From positions 6,802 through 70,801 of the forward strand of contig JAYPRP010000002.1 in the NCBI GenBank assembly GCA_038132575.1: DNA of 64,000 nucleotides, in the 5' to 3' direction. The position numbers were made by a program, and so were the translations under genes. Under the pieces are notes generated by a model. The model searched no databases. It was not told where the DNA came from and was given only the letters and a program-made list of their open reading frames with translations. The DNA comes from Rhodospirillaceae bacterium. GTDB taxonomy: Bacteria > Pseudomonadota > Alphaproteobacteria > UBA6615. Below, piece after piece: positions 28,095 to 37,295 of this stretch; the first letter of the stretch is position 1; every line of letters starts with the position of its first letter.

Positions 28095-29330
28095 TCAGCC
28101 GTGAATGGTGCGGTGGCGCTGATGGGTCGGAACCATGGCCGTCGGCGCGAGCGCCTTGAAGCCCGGATGCTCGCTCTCCATCGCCCAGTTGCGGATCTCC
28201 ACGAGCACCTTGCCCAGGGTCGTCTCACCCCACAGCCAATTCCCGATGTCCACGTCGGTGACCCGGCCGTCGGGCCGCGCGATCGCCGATTCCATGTAGT
28301 AGTAGCGCATGTCGTCGGCCATCTGCTTGAAGGCCAGATGGACCGGCTTTTCGTCGCCGAACGGTGACGGCGTGTCTTCCCGGTTCACCACGAGGCTGGC
28401 AAGGAACGCGGGAATCTCCTCGGGCGCCTTGCCCGAGATCCCGTAGTTCGTCCGTCCGCCGCGGCTCTGCTTCGATTCCTCGTACCACGGTTTCAGGAGC
28501 GCGATCTCCTGCAACAGCGTCTGCTCGAGCAGTTCCTGATCGCTGACGTCCTCCACCAGTGCCGCGAAGTTGACCGGGCAGGCCCAGCCTTCCTGCTCGA
28601 CGTCCGCGCCCGGCGGGTCGTCGGGGAAGTCTTCCAGGACGGGTCCGGATTCACGCTCCAGCAGGTCCAGGCAATCGCGCAGGACCCGGCGCTGAAACTC
28701 CGGCTCGTTCGGCGCGCCCAGGGGACGGCCGAGCTCGAATGGCACCGCGAGCGCGCGCGGAGGCTTGATTTCCTCGGCATGCTTGCGGATCAGCGCGATC
28801 TGCGTCGTCGGAATGCCTTCGTCTTCGAGATAGTGTGCAAGCCCGCCCACGGCGCGCGTGCATTGGGGTCAGACGGGGACGAGCGCAACCGCGTCGACAT
28901 TGTCCGCCTTGAGGACGCCGGCGAGGTCACGCGCGATGGGTTCCATCACGGTCGGCGGGGTTGCCCCCATGAAGGAGAAGTGCCGGCTCGCGACCGAGCC
29001 GATGACACCCTCTTCGGCCAGTTCGCGCAGGCGGTCGATCGGGAAGGATGTGTTCACGTCCTGATAGAAGCCGCTGCGGTCGAAGTTGGTCGACAGGTGG
29101 CTCATCACCAGGTCGCCCATGTCGTAATCGTCCGGGATGATCCGGTAGTCGCCGGCGCCCGGCGTGAACGGATCGTCCTCGCGCCGGTGCAGACCGGCGG
29201 TCGAGATAAGCGCGACACGGCATTCGTCGAGCGGCTTGGGCGTGACCCATGGCGTGTCGCCGTACTCGGGCAGTTCCTGATTGATCAGCGCCTCGCGCAG
29301 ATGATCAGGCATTTCTCGCAGGTGAACCAT
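28095..29330 (-). CDS. Candidate selenoprotein of the glycine/sarcosine/betaine/D-proline reductase selenoprotein B (GrdB/PrdB) family. UxxC motif with TGA at 28869..28871. About 411 aa read-through.
   Basis: Track ORFs 28869..29597 and 28095..28850 are in the same frame (29597-28850 = 747). Start chosen at MVHLREMPDHL (29330, GGGGAG RBS). Junction ...VDAVALVPV-TGA-PQCTRAVGGLAHYLEDEGIPTTQIALIRKH... gives U-P-Q-C. My by-eye base reading around 28800-28860 differed by one base from the track translation, so the junction follows the track frames. Confidence 0.5.
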
Positions 29331-29443
29331 GAATTCTCCCCTGGTCAGGATTTCCCGAACAGTATCAGCCGCCCAGGCAGCCAACAACGGCGGCCGCCGA
29401 ACATCACCTTTGCTGGGGGCGCATCGGTCGCGGTCGCGTGAAA

Positions 29444-30136
29444 TCAGGCCGCGCGCATGTCCTCGGCGGTGGTGCCGGTCGAGGTGTTCTCGGCGTATTT
29501 GCGCCAGTTCTCGATCAGCACCTCGAGCGACGCAGAGCCCTCCGTCACCGACGGGCGCTGGCCCATGAGCTGCAGCCAACCCTTGAGGAGCACGCATTCG
29601 TCGGGGATCTGGAAGTCGCGGTAGTGGGTGAGCACCGCGACCCGCTGCATGTGCGGCAGGAAGGTCAGGTCGACCAGACTGATGTCGTCGCCGAGCCAGT
29701 AGGAGCCGTCGCCCAGCTTGCCGAGCCCTTCATGCTCCATCATCAGCATCGCCTTCGTCAGCCGCTCAACCTGGAAGGCCTGGGCCTCGGCGTCCTGGGC
29801 CATCATCAGCTTGTAGACATGGGGCGTGAAGCGGACATTCGCGAAATCGATCCAGATGCGCGCCTGGGCCCGGCGGACCGGATCGCGCGGCAGCAACGGA
29901 CGCTCCGGGAACACCTCCTCGAGATACTCGTTGATGACGGCGGATTCGAAGATCACCGCACCGTTGTGACGCAGCACGGGCACCTTGCCGTAGGGCGAGA
30001 TCGCGAGGAACCAATCGGGCTTGTCGTTCAGGTCGATCGCGGTGAGCGTGTGCTCGATCCCCTTCTCGATCAGCGCCATCCGGGTGCGCTGGGCGAACGG
30101 ACAGGTGGACGAACTGATGATCTCGACGTCGCTCAT
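29444..30136 (-). CDS. Glutathione S-transferase (Cys-type, CPFA active site), 230 aa.
   Basis: N-terminus MSDVEIISSSTCPFAQRTRMALIEKGIEH (thioredoxin-like GST N-domain) and a C-terminal helical domain. Confidence 0.75.
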   Translation of the reverse strand: MSDVEIISSSTCPFAQRTRMALIEKGIEHTLTAIDLNDKPDWFLAISPYGKVPVLRHNGAVIFESAVINEYLEEVFPERPLLPRDPVRRAQARIWIDFANVRFTPHVYKLMMAQDAEAQAFQVERLTKAMLMMEHEGLGKLGDGSYWLGDDISLVDLTFLPHMQRVAVLTHYRDFQIPDECVLLKGWLQLMGQRPSVTEGSASLEVLIENWRKYAENTSTGTTAEDMRAA

Positions 30137-30153
30137 GATGTCTCTCCGAATCG

Positions 30154-32550
30154 CTAGTACTTGCCGAGCGCCTTGAGCACCCGCTCGGGCGTGATCGGCT
30201 GGGCGAAGACCGTCGCCCCCAGGGGACTGAGCGCGTCGTTGACGGCGTTCAGGATCGCGCCGGGCGCACCCGCGGTGCCGGCCTCGCCCGCACCCTTAGC
30301 GCCGAGCTCGGATTCCTTCGTCAGCGTCTCCACATGCCCGATCTCGATATCCGGCATCTCGCCCGCCATGGGCACCAGATAGTCGGCCATGTTCGCGTTC
30401 AGGAAGTTGCCGTCCAGGTCATAGCGGCACTCCTCGTAGAGCACGCCGCCGATGCCCTGGACAATCGAGCCGCGCACCTGTTCGTCCACCAGGAGCGGGT
30501 TGATGACCTTGCCGCAATCCTCAACGCAGTAGAACTTGAGCAGCTCGACCGTGCCGAGCTCGGGATCGACCTCGCAGGTCACGGCCTGGAAACTGTTGGT
30601 CATCGCCACGGGATACTTCTTCGGGATGTAGTGGCGCGTCGCCATCATCTCGGACTGGAAATCCTGGGGCAGCGTGTCGGGCCGGAAGTAGGCCACGCGC
30701 GCCACCTCCTCGAGCGGCATGCGCTCCTCGCCGGTCGCCCGGTCAACCACGACGCCGTGGCGGATGTCCAGCGACGCGGCCTCGGACTGGAGCAGGATCG
30801 CGGCCACGTCGAGGACGTTGTGACGCAGCGCCTTGGCCGCCTGGAGCGCTGCCTCGCCGGCAATGCCCGCACCGCCGGAACCGCCCGCGCCCCAGCCGAC
30901 CGGGACGTTGTCCGTGTCGCCCGAGATCACCTTTACCTTGTCCGGCGTGGTGCCGAAGGCGCTGGCCGTCACCTGCTGGATCACGGCCTCCGAGCCCTGG
31001 CCCTGCTCGGTGATCGACGTCTGGACGATCACGGCCCCCGACGCGTCCATCCGCGCTGCCGCGCCGTCCTGGGACGATATGCGCGCCCCGCCCAGCCCGT
31101 AGGTGTGCGGGCCCGGGTTCGTCATCTCGACAAGGGTCGCAAAACCGACGCCGCGGTAGATGCCCTGTTCGCGCAACCGGGCCTGCTCCGCGCGGAAACC
31201 CTGGTAGTCGAACATGGCAAGAAGCTTGTCGAGCGAGGCCTCGTGGGAGAGGGCCTCCATCTTCAGGCCGGTGATGAAATCGCGCGGATAGCTGTCGTCC
31301 GCCATGAGGTTGCGCCGGCGCACATCGACCGGATCGAGCCCGAGCTTGCGCGCACCCTCTTCCATGAGCGTTTCGGTGATCGCGACGGCGACGGGATGGC
31401 CAACCGCGCGATACTGGCTCATCGGCGTCTTGTTCTGGAACACGACGCGCGAGCGCGCCTTGTAGTTCGCGTGGTTGTAGGGCGCGCCGACATAGTTGAT
31501 GACCTGCAGCGCCTCGAGCGCGGAGGTGCGGGGATACATCGAGTAGGGACCGACGCCCGTGAGGTCGTCCATCTCGATGGCGAGCAGTTCGCCATCCTCG
31601 GCAAACGCCGCGCGCACGTGAGCGCGGTGGTCGCGCGCGTGCAGGTCCGTCAGGAAGGATTCAATCCGGTCGGCGATGAACTTCACCGGCCGTTTCATGA
31701 TCTTGGAGATCGCGGCCGTCGCCATCTCGTCGGGATAGGTGTGTCCCTTGACGCCATACGCACCGCCGACGTCGCCGCACACGATCCGGACATTCTGGTT
31801 CGGGATGTCGAGATGCCGGGCGAACAGGTCCTGCATCATGTGCGGGGCCTGGTGCGAATGGTACGAGGTCAGGCGGTTCTCGGAGCTGTGATAGTCGGCG
31901 ATGATCGCGCGCGATTCCGGGCACACGCCGGTGTGACGGCCGAAATGCATGGTGTGCCCGACCACCGCCGCCGCCTCGGCAAACGCCTTTTCGGTGTCGC
32001 CGATATCGTGATTCATCTCGAACAGCAGGTTGTCGCCAAGATCGGCATGCATCACGAGCGTGTCGTCGTCGAGCGCGACCTCGGGATCGGCGAGCACCGG
32101 CAGTTCCTCGAACTCGACCTCCAGCAGTTCGAGCGCGTCCTCGGCTTCCGCCCGGCTGTGGGCGACGATCGCGGCCACCGGCTCGCCCTGCCAGCAGGCC
32201 CGGTCCACTGCCATCGCGTACTGGGGCGCCGACTTCATGCCCTTGAAGTGGGCAAGCGTTCCGACCCAGGGGGTACAGACCTCGGCGATCTCCTTGCCCG
32301 TGAACACCCGGATCACGCCGGGGCTCGCCAGCGCGGCCGCGTCGTCGATCGAGACGATCTTCGCGTGCGCATAGGGCGAACGGAAATAGGCCACATGGAC
32401 CATGCGCGGCAGCGACAGGTCATCGACATACCTGCCCTGGCCGGCCACCAGGCGCGCGGCGTTGGCGCGCGGCACGGTCTTGCCGATGAAGGTTTCCTCG
32501 CGGTCGAGGACGCTTTCCTCGCCCGAATGGTCCGCCACGCTCATGAGCAC
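30154..32550 (-). CDS. Xanthine dehydrogenase/CoxL-family molybdopterin-binding subunit, 798 aa.
   Basis: ELGAKGAGEAGTAGAPGAILNAVNDAL C-terminal active-site Glu region and a QYRAVGHP loop. Paralog of 32735..35125 and 9160..11499. Confidence 0.8.
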   Translation of the reverse strand: MLMSVADHSGEESVLDREETFIGKTVPRANAARLVAGQGRYVDDLSLPRMVHVAYFRSPYAHAKIVSIDDAAALASPGVIRVFTGKEIAEVCTPWVGTLAHFKGMKSAPQYAMAVDRACWQGEPVAAIVAHSRAEAEDALELLEVEFEELPVLADPEVALDDDTLVMHADLGDNLLFEMNHDIGDTEKAFAEAAAVVGHTMHFGRHTGVCPESRAIIADYHSSENRLTSYHSHQAPHMMQDLFARHLDIPNQNVRIVCGDVGGAYGVKGHTYPDEMATAAISKIMKRPVKFIADRIESFLTDLHARDHRAHVRAAFAEDGELLAIEMDDLTGVGPYSMYPRTSALEALQVINYVGAPYNHANYKARSRVVFQNKTPMSQYRAVGHPVAVAITETLMEEGARKLGLDPVDVRRRNLMADDSYPRDFITGLKMEALSHEASLDKLLAMFDYQGFRAEQARLREQGIYRGVGFATLVEMTNPGPHTYGLGGARISSQDGAAARMDASGAVIVQTSITEQGQGSEAVIQQVTASAFGTTPDKVKVISGDTDNVPVGWGAGGSGGAGIAGEAALQAAKALRHNVLDVAAILLQSEAASLDIRHGVVVDRATGEERMPLEEVARVAYFRPDTLPQDFQSEMMATRHYIPKKYPVAMTNSFQAVTCEVDPELGTVELLKFYCVEDCGKVINPLLVDEQVRGSIVQGIGGVLYEECRYDLDGNFLNANMADYLVPMAGEMPDIEIGHVETLTKESELGAKGAGEAGTAGAPGAILNAVNDALSPLGATVFAQPITPERVLKALGKY

Positions 32551-32654
32551 CGTTCCCCTGTGACCTGTTATCGGGGGAACGGTACAGGCCCGGGACCTCT
32601 ACGGCCAGCCCGGCGGGCGTTCACGATCGGGACAGCGGGCGCGACAACAGGCAC

Positions 32655-32719
32655 GCCCTCATCCTGAGCTTGTCGAAGGAGAGGGCGGCCCCTCATGCTT
32701 CGACAAGCTCAGCATGAGG
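32655..32719. repeat. Second copy of the twin-hairpin element. It contains TGAGCTTGTCGAAG (32665..32678) and the inverted exact 29-mer CCTCATGCTTCGACAAGCTCAGCATGAGG (32691..32719).
   Basis: The reverse complement of this 29-mer equals the 29-mer at 7793..7821. It lies between the tandem XDH-family paralogs. Confidence 0.7.
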
Positions 32720-32734
32720 TTCGTGATTCCCCGC

Positions 32735-35125
32735 CTAGAACTTGCCGAGCGCCTTCAGGATTCGTTCCGGCGTGATCGGCTGGTGCGACACGCGGACGTC
32801 GAAGGGCGAGAGCGCATCGTTGATGGCGTTCATGACCACCCCCGGCGCGCCGGCCGTGCCGGCCTCGCCCGCACCCTTGGCGCCGAGTTCCGAATCCGCC
32901 GTCGGCGTCTCCACATGGCCGACATGGATGTCCGGCATCTCGCCGGCCATGGGCACCAGGTAGTCGGCCATATTGGCGTTCACGAGATTGCCCGTATCGT
33001 CGTAGCGGCATTCCTCGAGCAGCGCGCCGCCGAGCCCCTGGATCACGCCGCCGCGCACCTGCTCGTCCACCAGCTGCGGGTTCAGCACCGTGCCGCAATC
33101 CTCGACGACCCAGTAGTCCAGGAACCGCAGGAAACCGGTCTCCGGATCGACCTCGACGTAGCAGGCCTGGATGCCGTTCGTGAACGCGATGTTGTACTCG
33201 CGCGGCACGAAATGGCGGGTCGCCATCAGCTCGGGCTGGAAGCCCTTGGGGATCAGGTCCGAGCGGAAGTAGGAGATCCGCGCCAGCTCGTCGAGCCCCA
33301 TCCGCTCGTTGCCCGTGTCGTCATCGACCACCACGCCCTCGCGGATGTCGAGGGTCTTCGGGTCGGCCTGGAGGAGCTGGCCGGCGATGTCCTTGATGTT
33401 GTAACGCAGCGCCTTGGCCGCCCGGAGCACGGCCTCTCCGCCGATGCCCGCGCCGCGCGAGCCCCAGGTGCCGCCGCCGGTGGGCACGTTGTCCGTGTCG
33501 CCGGTGATGACCTTGACCCGGTCCGGGCTGGTGCCGAACGCGGTGGCCGCGATCTGGCCCATGATCGCGTCGGTGCCCTGTCCCTGCTCGGTCACCGACG
33601 TGTGGACGACGATCGAGCCGCTCGAATCGAGCCGCACCTGCGCGCCGTCCTGGGACGAAATCCGCGCGCCGCCGATGCCGTACATGGCCGCGCCCGGGTT
33701 GGTGAGCTCGATCATCGCCGCGAAGCCGATGCCGCGATAGACGCCCTCGCCGCGCAGCCTGTCGCGCTCGGCCTTCATGCCCTCGTAGTCCATCGCGCCG
33801 AGCAGCTTGTCGAGTGACGCGTGGTGGGAAAGGCCCTCGAAGACGATGCCGCTCGCGCCCTTGGTCGGGTAGGCGTCGTCCGTGATGAGGTTGCGCCGGC
33901 GGATATCGACCGGGTCGATCCCGAGCGCCTGCGCACCCTTGTCCACCATGGCCTCGGTCACGGCGAAGGCGACCGGGTGGCCGACGGCGCGGTACTGGCA
34001 CATGACGTTCTTGTTCTGGAACACGACCTGCGCCTTGGCGCGATAGTGCTCGTGCTTGTAGGGGCCGCCGGTGAAGTTCAGGACCTGGTTCGCCTCCATC
34101 GCGCTCGTGCGCGGGTACATGGAGTAGGGCCCGACGCCGGTCAGGTCGTCGATCTCGATCGCGGTGATGTCACCGTCCCTGGTGAAGCCCATCTTGGCGT
34201 GCACCCGGTGCGCGCGGGCATGGATGTCGGTGAGGAAGGACTCGATCCGGTCGGCGGCGAACTTGACCGGCCGGCCAAGCATCTTCGACAGGGCCACCGT
34301 GGCCATCTCGTCGGCATAGACATGGACCTTGATGCCGAACGACCCGCCGACGTCGCGGCAGACCACGCGAACCTGGCCCTCGGGCACGCCGACATGCTTG
34401 GCGAAGATGTGCTGCATCATGTGCGGCGCCTGGTTCGACATGTGCACGGTCAGCTTGTCGTCGGCCTCGTCATAGTCCGCGACGAGGACGCGCGGCTCCA
34501 GCGTGACGCCGGTGTGGCGGTCGAAGTGGTAGGTCTCCTCGACCACGACGTCCGCGGCGGCAAAGGCCGCGTCCACGTCCCCGGCCTCGACCCCGTTCTC
34601 GAAGGCGATGTTGTCGCCGAGATCGGGATGGATGACCGGCGTTCCGGGGTCGCCCGCCGTCTCGGGATCGGTGACCGCCGGCAGCTCCTCATACTCGACC
34701 GTGATCGCGGCCGCGGCATCCTCGGCCTCGGCCCGGCTGTTCGCGACCACGGCGGCAACCGCCTCGCCCTGCCAGCAGACATGATCGACGGCGATCGCGT
34801 GCTGCGGGGCCGACTTGAGGCCCTTGAAGTGGGTGAGCACGCCGACCCAGGGCTCGCAATACTCCGCCAGTTCGGCGCCGGTGACGACGCGAACGACACC
34901 GGGCATCCCGGCGGCCGCGCTCGTGTCGATCGAGATGATTCTCGCATGGGCGTGGGGCGAGCGGAGATAGACCGCGTGCACCATGCGGGGCAGCTTCAGG
35001 TCATCGACGAACTGGCCCTTGCCGCGCACGAGCTTGCGCACGTTCGGCCGCGGCACCACCTTGCCGATGTAGCTGTTGGGGCGTCCCAGGACGCTCGAAT
35101 CCGGACTCAGGGCTTCGTCGGTCAT
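32735..35125 (-). CDS. Xanthine dehydrogenase/CoxL-family molybdopterin-binding subunit, 796 aa.
   Basis: ELGAKGAGEAGTAGAPGVVMNAINDAL and QYRAVGHPVAFAV. Tandem paralog of the downstream gene. Confidence 0.8.
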   Translation of the reverse strand: MTDEALSPDSSVLGRPNSYIGKVVPRPNVRKLVRGKGQFVDDLKLPRMVHAVYLRSPHAHARIISIDTSAAAGMPGVVRVVTGAELAEYCEPWVGVLTHFKGLKSAPQHAIAVDHVCWQGEAVAAVVANSRAEAEDAAAAITVEYEELPAVTDPETAGDPGTPVIHPDLGDNIAFENGVEAGDVDAAFAAADVVVEETYHFDRHTGVTLEPRVLVADYDEADDKLTVHMSNQAPHMMQHIFAKHVGVPEGQVRVVCRDVGGSFGIKVHVYADEMATVALSKMLGRPVKFAADRIESFLTDIHARAHRVHAKMGFTRDGDITAIEIDDLTGVGPYSMYPRTSAMEANQVLNFTGGPYKHEHYRAKAQVVFQNKNVMCQYRAVGHPVAFAVTEAMVDKGAQALGIDPVDIRRRNLITDDAYPTKGASGIVFEGLSHHASLDKLLGAMDYEGMKAERDRLRGEGVYRGIGFAAMIELTNPGAAMYGIGGARISSQDGAQVRLDSSGSIVVHTSVTEQGQGTDAIMGQIAATAFGTSPDRVKVITGDTDNVPTGGGTWGSRGAGIGGEAVLRAAKALRYNIKDIAGQLLQADPKTLDIREGVVVDDDTGNERMGLDELARISYFRSDLIPKGFQPELMATRHFVPREYNIAFTNGIQACYVEVDPETGFLRFLDYWVVEDCGTVLNPQLVDEQVRGGVIQGLGGALLEECRYDDTGNLVNANMADYLVPMAGEMPDIHVGHVETPTADSELGAKGAGEAGTAGAPGVVMNAINDALSPFDVRVSHQPITPERILKALGKF

Positions 35126-35182
35126 CGTCTCTCTCCACGCGTGTCTTTTCGTCCGCGTCTGGTGCGCGGATTGGTTACCGGA

Positions 35183-36385
35183 TTATTCCACACCCGCGCC
35201 GCGAAGGCGATTGCGGACCGGGTGCCGGTCGGCGTCCTTTATCCCCAGCGCGTCCTCGCCGATCAGGATGCGCTGGACGTTGGCCGTCCCCTCGCCCACA
35301 GCGAGCATGTTCACATAGGCGGTGAATTTCTTGATCGGATATTCGTCGGCAAGCGCGTAGCCGGCAAAGATCTCCGCCGCCCCTGCCGCCGCCTCTTTCG
35401 CCGCCTCGACCGCGAAATACTTCGCCCGGGACGCCGCCCCGGTTGCCGGCCGCCCCTCGTCCATCAGCCAGGCCATGCGCTGCACCATCAGGCGCGCGGC
35501 GTCGGTGTGCGTGGCCATGTCGGCGATCAGGTGCTGCACCATCTGGTATTCCGCGATGGGACGGTCGCGGATGACCCGCGCATTGGCATAAGCGATCGCC
35601 TCGTCAAGGCAGGCCTGGGCCAGCCCCACCGCCCGGGCGGACACGGTGAGCCGCCCGAACTCGAGCGCGTTCATCGCGATCCTGAACCCCTCGCCCTCTT
35701 CGCCGAGACGGTTCTCGACCGGCACGACGAAATCGTCGAGGAAGACGGCGTTCGACGCGAGGCAATTCGACAGGCCGGTCATCGGGATCGGATCGGCCGC
35801 GAAACCCTCGTGGGACTTCGGTTCGACGATAAACGCGGTGATCCCCCGGTGGCCCGCGGACGGATCGGTCTTGGCAAACAGTATCCCCGCGTCGGCGGCG
35901 TTGGCGAAGGTGATCCACTGCTTCGAGCCGTTGAGCCGATAGACATCGCCGTCGCGCGTGGCGGTCGTTTTCATGGACCCGGCCGCATCCGAGCCGCCGC
36001 CGGGCTCGGTCAGGGCGAACATGCCGATCCGCCGCCCGGCGATCAGGTCCGGGACGAAGCGGTCGATCTGGTCGTCGGTGCCCCAGTTGAAGATCGTGAA
36101 CGGGCAGGTCATGGCCTGCATGTTCATGCAGTAGCCGAACTCCGGCGCGATGCGCGAGATCGTCTCGGAGATCGCGGCCACGGCAAGGAACCCGGCGTCC
36201 GTGCCGCCGAGCGCCTCGGGAAAGGCCGCGCCGAAGAAGCCCGCATCGCCCATCTTCGCGACGATCTCGCGCGGGAATTCGCCGGACGCCTCGTAGGTGC
36301 CGATCTCCGGCAGAATCTCTGTTTCCGCGAACCGTGCGACCGCATCCGCGACGGCACCGATTTCCTCGGGCAGGCTGAAGTCCAT
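35183..36385 (-). CDS. Acyl-CoA dehydrogenase, 400 aa.
   Basis: Typical ACAD segments: MTCPFTIFNWGTDDQ, LTEPGGGSDAAG, the FAD/substrate region GEGTANVQRILIG, and a catalytic-base region near the C-terminus. Confidence 0.85.
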   Translation of the reverse strand: MDFSLPEEIGAVADAVARFAETEILPEIGTYEASGEFPREIVAKMGDAGFFGAAFPEALGGTDAGFLAVAAISETISRIAPEFGYCMNMQAMTCPFTIFNWGTDDQIDRFVPDLIAGRRIGMFALTEPGGGSDAAGSMKTTATRDGDVYRLNGSKQWITFANAADAGILFAKTDPSAGHRGITAFIVEPKSHEGFAADPIPMTGLSNCLASNAVFLDDFVVPVENRLGEEGEGFRIAMNALEFGRLTVSARAVGLAQACLDEAIAYANARVIRDRPIAEYQMVQHLIADMATHTDAARLMVQRMAWLMDEGRPATGAASRAKYFAVEAAKEAAAGAAEIFAGYALADEYPIKKFTAYVNMLAVGEGTANVQRILIGEDALGIKDADRHPVRNRLRGAGVE

Positions 36386-36436
36386 CCGCGCGTTTCCTTT
36401 ATTCCTGCGGGCAATCTATTTAACATCGCGCCTTCC

Positions 36437-37285
36437 ATGGAAAGAAAGGTCGAACCGCGCGTGAGCGAGCTTTTCACATCCGTCGAGGACCTGGCCGCCC
36501 GCATTCCCGACGGCGCAAAGGTGGCGCTGGCGCCCGACTATTCGGGCTGCTCGATGGCAACCGTACGCGCGCTGATCGCCCGTGGGGCGAAGGACCTGCA
36601 CCTGGTCGGTGTCCCGTCGGTGGGGTTCCAGGGCGACATGCTGATCGGCGCGGGCTGCGTCGCGACGCTGGAGACAGCGGCGGTGACCCTCGACGAGTAC
36701 GGCCCCGCCCCGCGGTTCATGGCGGCCGTGAAGGCCGGCTCGATCAAGGTGATCGACGGCACCTGCCCTGCGATTCACGCCGGCCTGCAGGCGGCGGAAA
36801 AGGGCATACCCTACATGCCCGTGCGCGGCATCGTCGGCTCCGATCTGCTCGCCCATCGTGACGACTGGACCACGGGCACCGACCCCTTCGGCGAACAGGA
36901 GGGACCGCTCGTGCTGGTAAAGGCGATCCGGCCCGACATAACGCTCATTCACGCGCCGCTTGCCGACCGTAACGGCAATGTCTGGATCGGCGTGCGCCGG
37001 GAGATGATGGTGATGGCCCACGCCGCGCGCCAGACCTTCGTCACCGCGGAGGAAATCTACGACGGCGACCTTCTTGCCGATGCCGTGCGCGCGCCGGGCA
37101 CCATCCCGGGGCTCTACATCTCGGCGCTGGCCGAAGCCGAGAACGGCGCCTGGCCCGTCGGCCTGTTCGGCGCGTACGGACCCGACGACGCGCACCTGCG
37201 CGACTATCTCGAACGCGCGCGCACCGACGAGGGCTTCGCGGGCTATCTCGAGGAATTCGTGTACGCACCCAAGGCCGCCGAATGA
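36437..37285 (+). CDS. CoA-transferase subunit A (glutaconate/3-oxoacid CoA-transferase family I, alpha), about 282 aa.
   Basis: C-terminal part of the artefactual 1154-aa track ORF 33821..37285. SELFTSVEDLAARIPDGAKVAL... is a typical subunit-A N-terminus. Start is uncertain (ATG 36437 or GTG 36461). Confidence 0.7.
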   Translation: MERKVEPRVSELFTSVEDLAARIPDGAKVALAPDYSGCSMATVRALIARGAKDLHLVGVPSVGFQGDMLIGAGCVATLETAAVTLDEYGPAPRFMAAVKAGSIKVIDGTCPAIHAGLQAAEKGIPYMPVRGIVGSDLLAHRDDWTTGTDPFGEQEGPLVLVKAIRPDITLIHAPLADRNGNVWIGVRREMMVMAHAARQTFVTAEEIYDGDLLADAVRAPGTIPGLYISALAEAENGAWPVGLFGAYGPDDAHLRDYLERARTDEGFAGYLEEFVYAPKAAE

Positions 37286-37295
37286 GCGCCCCAAG

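Noticed and set aside
28800-28860. An apparent second TGA and frame change at the GrdB-like junction in my by-eye reading.
   Set aside because: My reading of this printed line was inconsistent by one base with three independent ORF-track translations. The track frames show both halves in one frame with a single TGA. I attribute the conflict to my transcription and flag the region for re-checking.
33821-37285. 1154-aa ORF on the plus strand, plus many other long antisense ORFs (e.g. 54..1253, 3362..4618, 18930..21038, 22183..23835, 30334..32667, 14047..15264).
   Set aside because: They run antisense through genes with clear family homology on the other strand and have Arg/Gly/Ala/Pro-rich low-complexity translations. 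Only their terminal segments, where present (e.g. 36437..37285), correspond to real genes. This is the typical stop-codon-poor antisense frame of roughly 67% GC DNA.
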